Source: Nemertoderma westbladi (Eukaryota > Animalia > Xenacoelomorpha). From it: 64,000 bases of DNA. Below are positions 44,101-54,876 of this stretch, in pieces. The stretch is from NCBI GenBank assembly GCA_032718475.1, contig JAUCBJ010006781.1:1-64000 (forward strand), given 5' to 3'. The position numbers were made by a program, and so were the translations under genes. The first letter of the stretch is position 1; every line of letters begins with the position of its first letter. The notes under the pieces are model-generated. The model ran no database searches, was not told the origin of the DNA, and was given only the letters and a program-made list of their open reading frames with translations.

Positions 44101-47100
44101 CTGTAGTTGGATCAAAAGTTCCAGGAACAGATGCCACATTTCTGATAAGGATCGCAATTACGAGGCATTGGAGAAGTAATTGGTGGGAACAGGGTTCCTT
44201 TGTGGCTGATCCGATACAGGCACCGAGATTCCAGATAATATTTTTCTGCAGCTGGGCCTGGCGAACAAAGGTTTCAAATGCGATTGGAGTATATAGGTAA
44301 CCTCAGTCGACGAGATCATTGTATTTACGAGCCTTGACTGACTCCTGTCCCTTGGCGACATGCCCTCCTGCTGATAGGCTAGTGGAGATGTGGCTGGAGG
44401 AGAGGATCTACAACAGTTGCATCCCAGGTGATTTTTTTACAGTGACTCCACAGAACGAGAGACATTCCGTCAACACATTTCCCATCAGAATGGGATAAAC
44501 CAGGCAGCTCAAGGATGGAAGGTACACCGCACGACGTTATGGCACGCTGAATGATATCATTAAGAAGAGCATGGCGGGGGAAATGGCTGATGCTCAAGAT
44601 GCTCTGTAGGCCTGATAGGCCATGCAACCTATATGAGTCTAATTGGATGGTGCAACATCCTTGTGTGCAGCGCACACAAGGATGTGGTGCCGTCAAATGG
44701 CAGCCTAACTGGGTGGCGATGGAGAAACAGAACTGCGTGCTGGTAAGTTTGAGCCCTAAGATGGAGCAAGGAATGCCCTCTAATCAACAGCCAGCAGTAG
44801 ATAGGAGAGGCTAAGCACAGGTAACTCACAGAGAACAACTTGACCCAGTTGACCAAATCAGAGGGATCGCGGGCAATGGCGACAAGAATCTCACTGTACA
44901 AGTCAGACAAGTTTGCTCTGGATGCTCTAGGTACATGTTTCAGGTGTTGGCATGCTAGTTGAGTATGATATCCAATAACTCAGAGGAAGAGAAAGAAAGC
45001 TGAGGGTTTTGAGGGATATGCACTGGGAGCAGACTGGACAACTCAGCTGGCTCTGTGGAGTAGATGGCGTCTCCAAACCAGACTGTTCAGCTGTAGGATC
45101 TCCTGGAGAGCAGGAAGGCAGGGATAGTGAGATTAATTGTTTCGATTTCGCTTGTCCAACAACTCAGTGCGATAAGTGGCTATTGAATCATCATTGATAC
45201 TGCTGCTGGAAAGGCGTTCCCTTATGAGACACATATTAATAATTCTACAGATGTAGACGCCGCACTGAAACGAGTTGATCTGAAGTGGTTTTGAGATTTT
45301 GTGTTTCGAATTAATGGGATTAGAAGGGATCCCCGAATTTTCCCCTTCAATAGCGATCCAAACCTTCAGGAGCTTGATAATCTCTGGGTTCTCGCCTGCT
45401 AGTGAGTCAAAGAGATTCTTTGTTCCCCTGATGAGAGTATGGAAAAATATGATTTCGTAGTAGAAGAGAGGGTTGAACACTAGCGCTAACACTAACACTA
45501 GCGCCTTGGTTGAGTAAATTTTGTTGCAGAATTAATGGGAAATCGCTTCTATTATACTCCCAGTTATCCAGTTCTTCTTCCCCAGCGAAGCGATATCCAC
45601 GGCCGCACAGATCTCCACCGAGTTTCCAATTGCCTTCCGCATCGTTTCGCATCTGGGATTCTGTTGGGGAGGAAGAATCGCCGCAGAGATCGATCATTGG
45701 TGGATGTTGCCTTAATGAAGGGCTTTGGGTCAAAGGAAATGTTAATATCCATAATATTAGTTATTAATGTTCTTTATTTTATTTCAATAATCATTCTAAT
45801 AATTGATGTTAGGACAATTGCGACCTGGACAATTGCGACCTGGACAATTGCGACCTGGACAATTGCGACCTGGACAATTGCGACCCAGACAATTGCGACC
45901 AGGACAATTGCGACCCCGACAATTGCGACCTATGATTTTGGGAAAATTTATGGGTCGCAATTGACGGGTCGCAATTGTCTTGGTTGCAATTGTCCGGGTC
46001 GCAATTGACCGGGTCGCAATTTTCCGGGTCGCAATTGTCCTGATCCAGATAAAAAGATGTAATGTATTTCATTGACAAATATCATTGTATCATTGCATAT
46101 CATTGACAATTGCGACCCGGATAATTGCGACCCATCATTTTTATTTAAAAACATGGGTCGCAATTATCCGGGTCACAATTGTCCGAGTCGCAATTGTCTG
46201 GGTCGCAATTGACCGGGTCTTCAATTGTCCGGGTCGCAATTGTCTGGGTCGCAATTGTCCGGATCCAGATAAAAAGATGTAATGTATATCATAGACAAAT
46301 ATCATTGTATCATTGTATATCATTGAAAATTGCGACCCGGACAATTGCGACCCGGGCAATTGCGACCCATCATTTTTGTTTGAAAACATGGGTCGCAATT
46401 GACGGGTCGCAATTGTCTTGGTTGCAATTGTCCGGGTCGCAATTGAACGGGTCGCAATTTTCCGGGTCGCAATTGTCCTGATCCAGATAAAAAGATGTAA
46501 TGTATTTCATTGACAAATATCATTGTATCATTGCATATCATTGACAATTGCGACCCGGATAATTGCGACCCATCATTTTTATTTAAAAACATGGGTCGCA
46601 ATTATCCGGGTCACAATTGTCCGAGTCGCAATTGTCTGGGTCGCAATTGACCGGGTCTTCAATTGTCCGGGTCGCAATTGTCTGGGTCGCAATTGTCCGG
46701 ATCCAGATAAAAAGATGTAATGTATATCATAGACAAATATCATTGTATCATTGTATATCATTGAAAATTGCGACCCGGACAATTGCGACCCGGGCAATTG
46801 CGACCCATCATTTTTGTTTGAAAACATGGGTCGCAATTGACGGGTCGCAATTGTCTTGGTTGCAATTGTCCGGGTCGCAATTGAACGGGTCGCAATTTTC
46901 CGGGTCGCAATTGTCCTGATCCAGATAAAAAGATGTAATGTATTTCATTGACAAATATCATTGTATCATTGCATATCATTGACAATTGCGACCCGGATAA
47001 TTGCGACCCATCATTTTTATTTAAAAACATGGGTCGCAATTATCCGGGTCACAATTGTCCGAGTCGCAATTGTCTGGGTCGCAATTGACCGGGTCTTCAA

Positions 47101-50100
47101 TTGTCCGGGTCGCAATTGTCTGGGTCGCAATTGTCCGGATCCAGATAAAAAGATGTAATGTATATCATAGACAAATATCATTGTATCATTGCATATCATT
47201 GACAATTGCGACCCGGATAATTGCGACCCATCATTTTTATTTAAAAACATGGGTCGCAATTATCCGGGTCACAATTGTCCGAGTCGCAATTGTCTGGGTC
47301 GCAATTGACCGGGTCTTCAATTGTCCGGGTCGCAATTGTCTGGGTCGCAATTGTCCGGATCCAGATAAAAAGATGTAATGTATATCATAGACAAATATCA
47401 TTGTATCATTGCATATCATTGACAATTGCGACCCGGATAATTGCGACCCATCATTTTTATTTAAAAACATGGGTCGCAATTATCCGGGTCACAATTGTCC
47501 GAGTCGCAATTGTCTGGGTCGCAATTGACCGGGTCTTCAATTGTCCGGGTCGCAATTGTCTGGGTCGCAATTGTCCGGATCCAGATAAAAAGATGTAATG
47601 TATATCATAGACAAATATCATTGTATCATTGCATATCATTGACAATTGCGACCCGGATAATTGCGACCCATCATTTTTATTTAAAAACATGGGTCGCAAT
47701 TATCCGGGTCACAATTGTCCGAGTCGCAATTGTCTGGGTCGCAATTGACCGGGTCTTCAATTGTCCGGGTCGCAATTGTCTGGGTCGCAATTGTCCGGAT
47801 CCAGATAAAAAGATGTAATGTATATCATAGACAAATATCATTGTATATCATTGAAAATTGCGACCCGGACAATTGCGACCCGGGCAATTGCGACCCGGGC
47901 AATTGCGACCCATCATTTTTGTTTGAAAACATGGGTCGCAATTGACCGGGTCGCAATGGTCCGAATAAGTCTATCGCCGAATAATTATTGCAAAAACTTA
48001 TACGGTCAATTAGTTACAATCCAGTAACTTTTATTTTAGTAACTTTTAACTATTAGTTTTAATCAAGTAGTTATAAATTATTGTATATGTGTTTAACATC
48101 CATAGATTGTATAAATTAATAAGTAATTAAACAGGACTAAGGATGATCCAACTCTATAGCAAATGGAGCGGAAAAAATGAATTCGCCACCAGCGGGGATT
48201 GAACCCGCGTCTCCCGATAAACCGTAAGGTAGCTTACCACCTATAGCAAATCAATCGGAAAGATGCAGGAGCCTCCGTGGTGTAGTGGTTAGCATACCTG
48301 AATGTTTATTGGGATACGCGGGTTCAATCCCCGCTGGTGGCGAATTCATTTTTTCCGCTCCATTTGCTATAGAGTTGGATCATCCTTAGTCCTGTTATAA
48401 ATTATTATTTGCAAAATATTGTTTATTATTGTTTAGCAAAGAAATTTGAAGGCTAGCTAGGCTTAAATTAATTCTGAAAATTCAATCATCCACTCTTACT
48501 CAAAATTCTAGAAAAAGAAATAATAATAATTAGATTATAATGATTAGAAAGAAAACACAACTAGTTCAACCCACCACCGTGGGTTTCAACCCACCCCATA
48601 AAGCCGGAATTTTCGATTTTGGATTTATATTTTTTATAAGCTTTTTGCAAAGCAAAAACAGTCGGCCGAAGCCGGAGGCGACCCGAAGGCTCCTCTTTCG
48701 ATAGCTGCTACCCGAGGGTAGGGGTGGGCGCTACTCCTATCCCAAGATTTGCTCCCAGTTATTTAACTGGTACTCATTTCATCGACCCCAGTGGATGAAA
48801 GGCTGAGTGGACCCTGGCGGGGCTGAACCTACAACCAATAGATTGCAGGCCCGGCGCTCAACCAACTGAGCTACCCCACCTTCATAAGCTTTTTAAAAAA
48901 GTTTATTTTGCGAAATCTTACCCTCCGTATAGTGGCCATTCTTCACATTAGTCGTAATTTTTTCATATCATTAGCCCTTGCAAGGATTCGAAATATGTAT
49001 CAATATCTGAACTTCGTTGGGAAACAGCTGAGATATAGAGGCGTTCAAATATTGCAAGAAGTATTGTTCGCTGAAGGCCATTTATTCTAATTAATAAATA
49101 CACGATGTTCTGGAACATTTTGTTTAAGTATGAATAGCTACACAATTAATAGAAATATTGGATAGGAATACCGCTGTTGCCAACCTACAGCCAACATAAA
49201 ATAAATAACACATTCTAGAATTTTGTCTATATATTAGATATAATAAATGGCCTACAGCGAGTAATGGTTCCTGCAATCTTTGGACGCCTATATATCAGCT
49301 GATCTCAATTAAATTCAATCATTGTTACATATTTGGAATCCTTGCAAAGCAAGCTTTCTATTGGTATGAAAAAAATACGACTAATACTAATACAACTAAG
49401 TTTCTGATAAACTCACTGTCGTTGGCATAAGCGGGGTCAAGGTATACCGTGCAATTCATCACGTCGAATGGATATAGTAATGTGTCAGTGTTACACATCA
49501 TAACTCGAGATTGCCTGAAAAATAACAATATGATATATCCATACTATCTAAAGATTTGTCTCTACCGCACAGTATTGGGATGGGTCCGCAGTCATCCCAT
49601 TTCGTCATTATTCTTCGTGGTTCTTCCCACGGCATCAGATATTATTTTAATAATTTAATTTCGAAAAGTTATTATTATTTTGCAATTTAGTCCAATTTTA
49701 TAAACCTTTTTATGATCTTATATTTGTGCAATAAAATTGTAAAAAATACAATTACATACATATTGTCTTTTGAATATTGAACAAAAAAATAGTACCTCAA
49801 AATGTAAAGCATAACTACCGAAAATTGTCCATGATTATTAAAAAAAACCAACTGCCAATCACTCATACTACCAAAAACATGTAATAAATAAATCTTATAC
49901 AAATCAGTTAGAAAATCAAGAAAACAGTCATGGCAACCTAACCAAAACAGAAATAAATACATCAATCTGTAACAAACTTAACAATAACAATAACAATAAA
50001 TGGCTCTATCCTGTTTGGGGGCCTCCAGTCTATTCAGAGTTCAGGTAGATCTATATATCTGACTGTTGATTCTCAATTAAATTTGGTTTTAAATTTGGTT

Positions 50101-50429
50101 TTCTATTCTACAACATTCCTCACGTCTATTGTTTTGGTTCCTTTCAACTCGCCTCTGTAACCTGCTCCTTTACTAACCTGCCTGGTTTTTGAGGCCCCCA
50201 AACAGGATAATCCCCAATAAATATTCATACTAATAAAACCAATAACTCTAACCCACTCTGTGACACATATTACATCTCCATTTGGCATAATTCTCGTTGT
50301 GATAATATCCCGATCTTCTGGTTTCGGCTTTGCACCTCTTTCGATGTTCATAATAACAATCCAGAGGTCTTTGATGTCCTCAAACCCATTGATAACCAAA
50401 CCATTATGAGGAATGTCACCACCTAGCAA
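26152..50429 (-). CDS. Divergent Cys-loop (pentameric) ligand-gated ion channel subunit, GABA/Gly/GluCl-like TM architecture; 5' exons not located. Exons 50257-50429 (or 50422), 49417-49514, 41304-41368, 40468-40564, 38214-38388, 37342-37702, 26152-26358
   Basis: GT/AG junctions with matching phases (2,1,0,1,2,0). They give RIMPNGDVICVTE-QSRVMM, Cys-loop CNTDTLLYPFDVMNC (C-x13-C), pre-M1 FFTR, M1 LFLPSFFHVCISWSTFW, NAR-M2, M3 IYVLMCVFFNLL and M4 KVDWIGRWMIPVWFISANCFYW. Confidence 0.85.
26740..26815. repeat. Dispersed repeat with an inverted homolog at ~42125-42195
   Basis: GTGTCCAATTTTGAGCGTTAAT..ACCAAACTTAGTACACAT is the degenerate reverse complement of ATGTGCCAAGTTTGG..TTAACGTTTAAAATTGGACAC. 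Confidence 0.55.
28300..28680 (-). mobile_element. RLE-type (CRE/NeSL-like) non-LTR 3' fragment
   Basis: GIRGAF..VLINIRLVN and FLPFVVSCDGGLG resemble the restriction-like endonuclease C-terminus. Confidence 0.55.
28700..32500 (-). mobile_element. Degenerate near-full-length APE LINE (ORF1 + EN + RT)
   Basis: ORF1 coiled coil with EKRQNNLILTGV; EN (DEFNAR, SELDWVF, WSDHA); RT (CFIDFVKAYDRVDR, GVAQGG, FYVDDL, LMDDTV). Many disruptions; clade not resolved. Confidence 0.85.
32790..34600 (-). mobile_element. Degenerate RTE-clade LINE
   Basis: PVPKKGNL..GISLISNAAKLYNRILINRI..NQNGF; LLYGS near the 3' end. Homologous to 55625-56420. Confidence 0.85.
34603..36173 (-). mobile_element. 3' LTR of a diverged relative of the 7413-24437 element, with 3' internal flank to ~36500
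   Basis: CAGGGAA|TG junction at 36173. Shares the TATA block and CGCAGCGAATCCTAA with the LTR at 7611-7704, and the pre-PPT motif TTGCTG.CGGCC...TCTAG.TGGCCATC. Left end approximate. Confidence 0.6.
36355..36437 (-). ncRNA. tRNA-like pol III cassette, homolog of 9115-9201
   Basis: GGCGTAG-TGGTCAGATGG (A box)...TAGGTTACGAGTTCGAATCC (B box)...TTTT. Confidence 0.65.
38658..40142 (+). mobile_element. Internally deleted hAT DNA transposon in an LGIC intron
   Basis: 17-bp TIR CAGGGGCGCCGGAAGCA and perfect 8-bp TSD CTGACCAC. Frameshifted hAT dimerisation-domain remnant (SAAAERSFSAMRCIKSRLRSKMS) at ~39000-39590. Confidence 0.92.
44100..45120 (-). mobile_element. CRE-like RLE non-LTR retrotransposon fragments
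   Basis: RHALLNDIIQRA..PSILELPGLSHSDGKCVDG..W..ITWDATVVD (zinc knuckle to RLE region), decayed. Confidence 0.75.
45133..45760 (-). pseudogene. Ulp1/C48-like protease remnant, probably transposon-derived
   Basis: LFDSL and KPLQINSFQCGVYIC resemble the PxQxNxxDCG catalytic motif; frameshifted. Confidence 0.5.
45811..47962. repeat. Higher-order array of 15-bp palindromic subrepeats (GGACAATTGCGACCC), 438-bp then 220-bp periods
   Basis: Subunits alternate in orientation within each monomer. Identical ORFs recur at 438-nt then 220-nt spacing. Confidence 0.95.
48130..48396. mobile_element. Palindromic element built from two divergent tRNA-like copies
   Basis: Arms of ~90 bp are reverse complements (AACAGGACTAAGG...CCTTAGTCCTGTT). 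Each arm contains the tRNA 3' half plus T6. Confidence 0.8.
48271..48342 (+). tRNA. tRNA-like cloverleaf (GTT at anticodon position; probably pseudo-tRNA or mobile)
   Basis: GCCTCCG/TGGTGGC acceptor (one mismatch), D stem, CCTGA/TTGGG anticodon stem, perfect GCGGG-TTCAATC-CCCGC T arm, TTTTTT downstream. Confidence 0.5.
48647..48883 (-). mobile_element. tRNA-derived SINE with conserved central domain (Meta-SINE-like)
   Basis: Head GGGGTAGCTCAGTTGGTTGAGCG; core CCACTCAGCCTTTCATCC..GGTCGATGAAATGAGTACCAG; 11-bp TSD ATAAGCTTTTT. Tail fragment also at ~40288-40330. Confidence 0.85.
48975..49350. repeat. Old degenerate inverted repeat (MITE-like)
   Basis: 48975-49090 is a diverged reverse complement of 49232-49350 (AATAAATGGCCT.CAGCGA..TGCAAT..ACGCCT.TAT..CAGCTG). 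Confidence 0.6.
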
Positions 50430-50799
50430 CTAGAATGTATTTGTATAAATATAAACTGTTCGCGGTATTTCAATTTATCATAATGCGAGTTACATATTTT
50501 TTGGATTTATATTTTATGAATGTGCCAATATCAGTGGTGGGTGTGGGAACACAAAATTTGGGCACATTCAACGGACTGGGGGCGATTTATGGGCGAAACT
50601 TGGGGCGACTTACGGGACGCGGGAACCATCTCAGATATTTAAGGGCCAGGGGTGGGAGGTAAATTCAAGCAATACTCTCGGCTGTCAGGGTGCCTGATAG
50701 TTACTAGAGGCCTAGACAACCTCCTTCTACTTCGGTAGTTGGTAACCCACTAGGTCTGGGGACAAGGACTGCCCTTAGCGGTCCCTGGTCATCAGTGGC

Positions 50800-51400
50800 G
50801 ACTGAACCTGAAAAGGACTTGGGGGTTGCTCGATGCGCTAGGGATTTGCGACGGGACTGACAGATCCTAAGCGGTTCCCGGTGCGTTGGCTACGACTGAG
50901 CCTGAAAAGGACTCGGGCGGAGTTTTCGCATTGGGAACTTGCGAAGGATCGACTGACCGGACGGAAAGGAAGGGTTCGACGAGGACTGACTTCCTGGCGT
51001 GGGCTCCATGACTGGCATTAGTACGAGTCTGAAAAGGACTCGGAAAGCTTTGACAGTTGGGGCTCACAACGGGACGACAGACCCCTAGCTAAGCCGTACT
51101 GCTTTCCTGATGACCGATCCCGTTAGGGTTCGGGAAGGGTGGGACGGACATGCAGCAGGGTCGAAAGACAGAGGACCGGACACTACTGGCCTAATGACTA
51201 TTCGGAGCGGGTTCTCGAATACTAACGTGATTACGAGCCTGAAAAGGACTCGGAAAGCTTAGGTGGGTGGGACCCTGCGATGAACCGACAGACCCCTAGC
51301 TAAGCCGTACCGCTTTCCTGATGACCGATCCCGTTAGGGTTCGGGAAGGGTGGGACGGACAAGCGAAGGATCGACTGACACTGACACTACTGTACCGGGA
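50800..51400. repeat. GC-rich block with ~211-bp direct repeat and 4 copies of GAGCCTGAAAAGGACTC-like motif
   Basis: Motif at ~50806, 50898, 51025 and 51235; 51025-51150 is nearly repeated at 51235-51361. Confidence 0.75.
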
Positions 51401-52184
51401 CTAGGACCGAGGGAAAATGGGGAACATTAGTTAGGTCAAAAACTGAAAGTTAAGCGAACAGTGGGTAATTAAATAATTTTCTGTAGGAATTTATATTGTG
51501 TATTATTGCGAATATTTGGTATATTGGTGTGGGGAAGCCCAAATTATTCTCAATCAGAGTTCAATCAGAATTCAAGTTACATTAAAGATTATATCCAACC
51601 AATGAAACTTTTTCTCCACCCGCAATTCTGCATCTCAGATAACATCCTTCTCCGCTCCCAATAACCGGTGACTGGCCGGAATAAAGTGGTCTGAAAATTC
51701 CGCCTCAAGCATCGGCGTTTTCCCCCCTCGTTTCGGGAATAACGGCAACATAAACAATAAACATATCCTACCGCGGCGCGGAGTATTAATTTTTTAATGA
51801 ATTTCATTCCAAAATTGTAACATATCCTCAACGCCGTTAGTATTAACAGCGAATTGTTATTGCTTCCCTGGTTATGAATGTAGTTTTTGTGCCAATTTCT
51901 TTCGCTCATACTACACATACACATTTATACTACACATACGACACCTGACTACATATATCCATAGTCTCAAATAGCCGTCATCCTCATGCTCAAGCAAACT
52001 ACACACGTCACATTATTTGAGAATTCAACAATAATTCCAGCAAACATTTCCTATGGTATTTCTAAGTTTTCTGTCAAAGAAGTTTTCCCCATGGTATTCA
52101 CAAAAACACCAAACAAGCAGCCTGCACAAATAAGCTGAAGAGGTAACGGTCTCCTAGTGATTCAGGTTGTCAATCAGTAAGCTA

Positions 52185-53490
52185 CATGATTAATAAAGGC
52201 ACGGAAGGGTCTTTCACCACGTGGATATATAAAAATGAAGTTAATTATTTGTTAATTATATTAATAATTAACTTTTTATCTCCCTCAAAGATCACAAACC
52301 CAAAGAGGAATGGATCCAACACCCAAACGGTAAACTAATCCCTAAAGGCCGACCAATTATATCCAATACTGACGCCTTTTTCTCACCATTTTCTAAATTG
52401 ATGCATTTCTACTTACACCCTTTAGTCACTAACTCGTCCAATTATCTTTGTAGTTCATTACATTTAAAACACACAATGCCTACCCACCTTAATAACTCAT
52501 CATGTACTCTCATCGCAGTAGATGTAGTCGATATGTTTACTAGTATTCCACACGAGCTCGGGTTACAAGCCACTATGCAAACACTTACCGAAGACCCATC
52601 CCTGCCACACCGGTCTATATTCACGCCATATCAGTTATGTCTTATACTAAGGTTTCTACTTTACCATAACTTTTTTTTAGGTATAGAGTCCTGTTACATT
52701 AATATGATCCACCCAACTCTTAATAAAGTTATACCTTCTATGTAATGCAAAATAATTTAATCATGTTAAATCCTGCCACCCACCCGATACTAACTATCTA
52801 CTGTATAGACTTATTTATTAATAATTTGATATATTTATTAAGTGCAATAACTACTGTATAAATATGCACTTAACTTAACTTAATTCCAGTAACACATTTG
52901 CTTAGTTTTAATCTTTGATATTATTTTAAATTTTCTACTGTTTAACTATTTGGTGCAAAATAACACATCTATTATTAAGTTCCTCAAGCCACTCACCCGC
53001 AATTAACTACCTACTGTATAAATTATGTTTACTTGGTTATTGTTTTTAGCATCTACTGTAAAGGTGCAACATACCGTAAACACGGTACACGTATGCAGCC
53101 TGCTGACCGGCAGTCAGTGCTTAGGCTGTAGCGATGTAGCCCCACCACAACTATGCAACTGCACTACCGGTACTCACAACGTTTCACTTTTCTAATTAGG
53201 CCCTAATTAATATTTCAATGTAAATTTCCCATTATTTACTGTAAATGCTGCTTGGTAGGTACCCTAAACTTTTAAATTGTGAACTAATTTTTAAATTTAA
53301 TTATATTTTAACGCTATTTTAATTGAATATACCGCTGAAGACGCCCGCGAGGGTGAAATGGCCATAGGTAAATAATTAACTTCATTTTTATATATCCATG
53401 TGGTGAAAGACCCTTCCTTGCCTTTATTAATCCTGTAATTATGAATACGCCACGTAAAACGTCGTTTCGGTTAATCCAAAACCTAAGTTT
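52185..53490 (+). mobile_element. Penelope-like element fragment with inverted pLTR segment
   Basis: RT remnant PKGRPIISN..LIAVDVVDMFTSIPH..HNFF (~52290-52690). ~52185-52250 is an inverted copy of ~53370-53435. AATCAGTAAGCTA 13-bp direct repeat flanks both sides. Confidence 0.8.
53328..53372 (+). ncRNA. Minimal hammerhead-ribozyme-like motif in the PLE pLTR (degenerate)
   Basis: TACCG-CTGAAGA-C-GCCC GCGA GGGT-GAAA-TGGCCA-TA-GGTA: core boxes, stem II and palindromic stem III present; stem I imperfect. Confidence 0.55.
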
Positions 53491-53917
53491 AATCAGTAAG
53501 CTAGTAGGCAGCATTTTACTGATTTTAAGGTTCAATTTATGTGAAACTACCAACCATACTTTATTAAGATAGTCTAAGCCAAATGTGGAACATAACACCA
53601 CAATTATGAAAAAGAATTATCCAAGTTTGTCATCTTTGAAGAAAAGATCTGAAGTATGTTATGTGCCCTTTCTTGGAAACTAGCACCAAATCTCATTTTT
53701 TTAGAGGCTCACTTTCTTAGTGATACATGGCTAAGATGATTCTAGGAATGGGGTCCAAATACATAGGTATTTTAAATACATCAGAGGAAGGGAGGACTAT
53801 CCAATATCCAATCAACTGGTTCGACTGCTCTTAATGCTTTATGCAGGCAGCATTCTTGTTTCCGGCAAATGAGATGTCACCAATTGTTACATTTTTGAGT
53901 ACAGACACAAAAACAGT

Positions 53918-54863
53918 ATGTACAGTACAACTATTAGTAGTAATGTACAGTACAACAGTACAGTACGACAGTACAGTAGGTAGTACGGTAACAGTCAGTA
54001 CAACAGTACAGTAGGTAGTACGGTAACAGTACAGTACAACAGTACAGTAGGTAGTACGGTAACAGATCAGTACAACAGTACAGTACGACAGTACAGTAGG
54101 TAGTACGGTAAAAGTACAGTACATCAGTACAGTAGGTAGTACGGTAACAGTACAGTACAACAGTACAGTAGGTAGTACGGTAACAGTACAGTACGACAGT
54201 ACAGTAGGTAGTACGGTAACAGTTCAGTACAACAGTACAGTACGACAGTACAGTAGGTAGTACGGTAACAGTACAGTACATCAGTACAGTAGGTAGTACG
54301 GTAACAGTACAGTACGACAGTACAGTAGGTAGTACGGTAACAGTACAGTACGACAGTACAGTAGGTAGTACGGTTACAGTACAGTACAACAGTACAGTAG
54401 GTAGTACGGTAACAGTACAGTACGACAGTACAGTAGGTAGTACGGTAACAGTACAGTACAACAGTACAGTAGGTAGTACGGTAACAGTACAGTACGACAG
54501 TACAGTAGGTAGTACGGTAACAGTACAGTACAACAGTACAGTACGACAGTACAGTAGAGTACCGGTAACAGTACAAGTACCAGTACCAGTACAAGTACCG
54601 GTAACAGTACAAGTACCAGTACCAGTACAAGTACCGGTAACAGTACCAGTACAAGTACCGGTAACAGTACAAGTACCAGTACCAGTACAAGTACGGTAAC
54701 AGTACAAGTACCAGTACCAGTACAAGTACGGTAACAGTACAAGTACCGGTACAAGTACCAGTACCAGTACTAGTACCGGTAACAGTACAAGTACCAGTAC
54801 CAGTACAAGTACCAGTACCAGTACCGGTAACAGTACAAGTACAAGTACCAGTACAGTACGACA
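53918..54863. repeat. AGTAC-based satellite with two sub-arrays
   Basis: CAGTACAGTAGGTAGTACGGTAA units to ~54555, then CAGTACAAGTACCAGTAC units. The C/T/V/Y-rich ORFs here are by-products. Confidence 0.95.
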
Positions 54864-54876
54864 AAAGTATTTATTA

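Noticed and set aside
45809-48027. Many ORFs (SQLSG/IATRT repeats) and CRISPR-like periodicity
   Set aside because: Translations of the satellite in all frames; no unique spacers.
51100-51170. Hammerhead ribozyme at CTGATGA (also 51318)
   Set aside because: Stem II is followed by GAAG, not GAAA, and no stems I/III or NUH site could be built.
51930-52000. Possible upstream LGIC exon (LLEHEDDGYLRLWIYVVR)
   Set aside because: Plausible beta1-beta2 pattern, but no convincing donor or phase link and no W-x-D motif; left uncalled.
53831-54864. Cys/Thr/Tyr-rich ORFs up to 263 aa
   Set aside because: Stop-free by-product of the AGTAC satellite.
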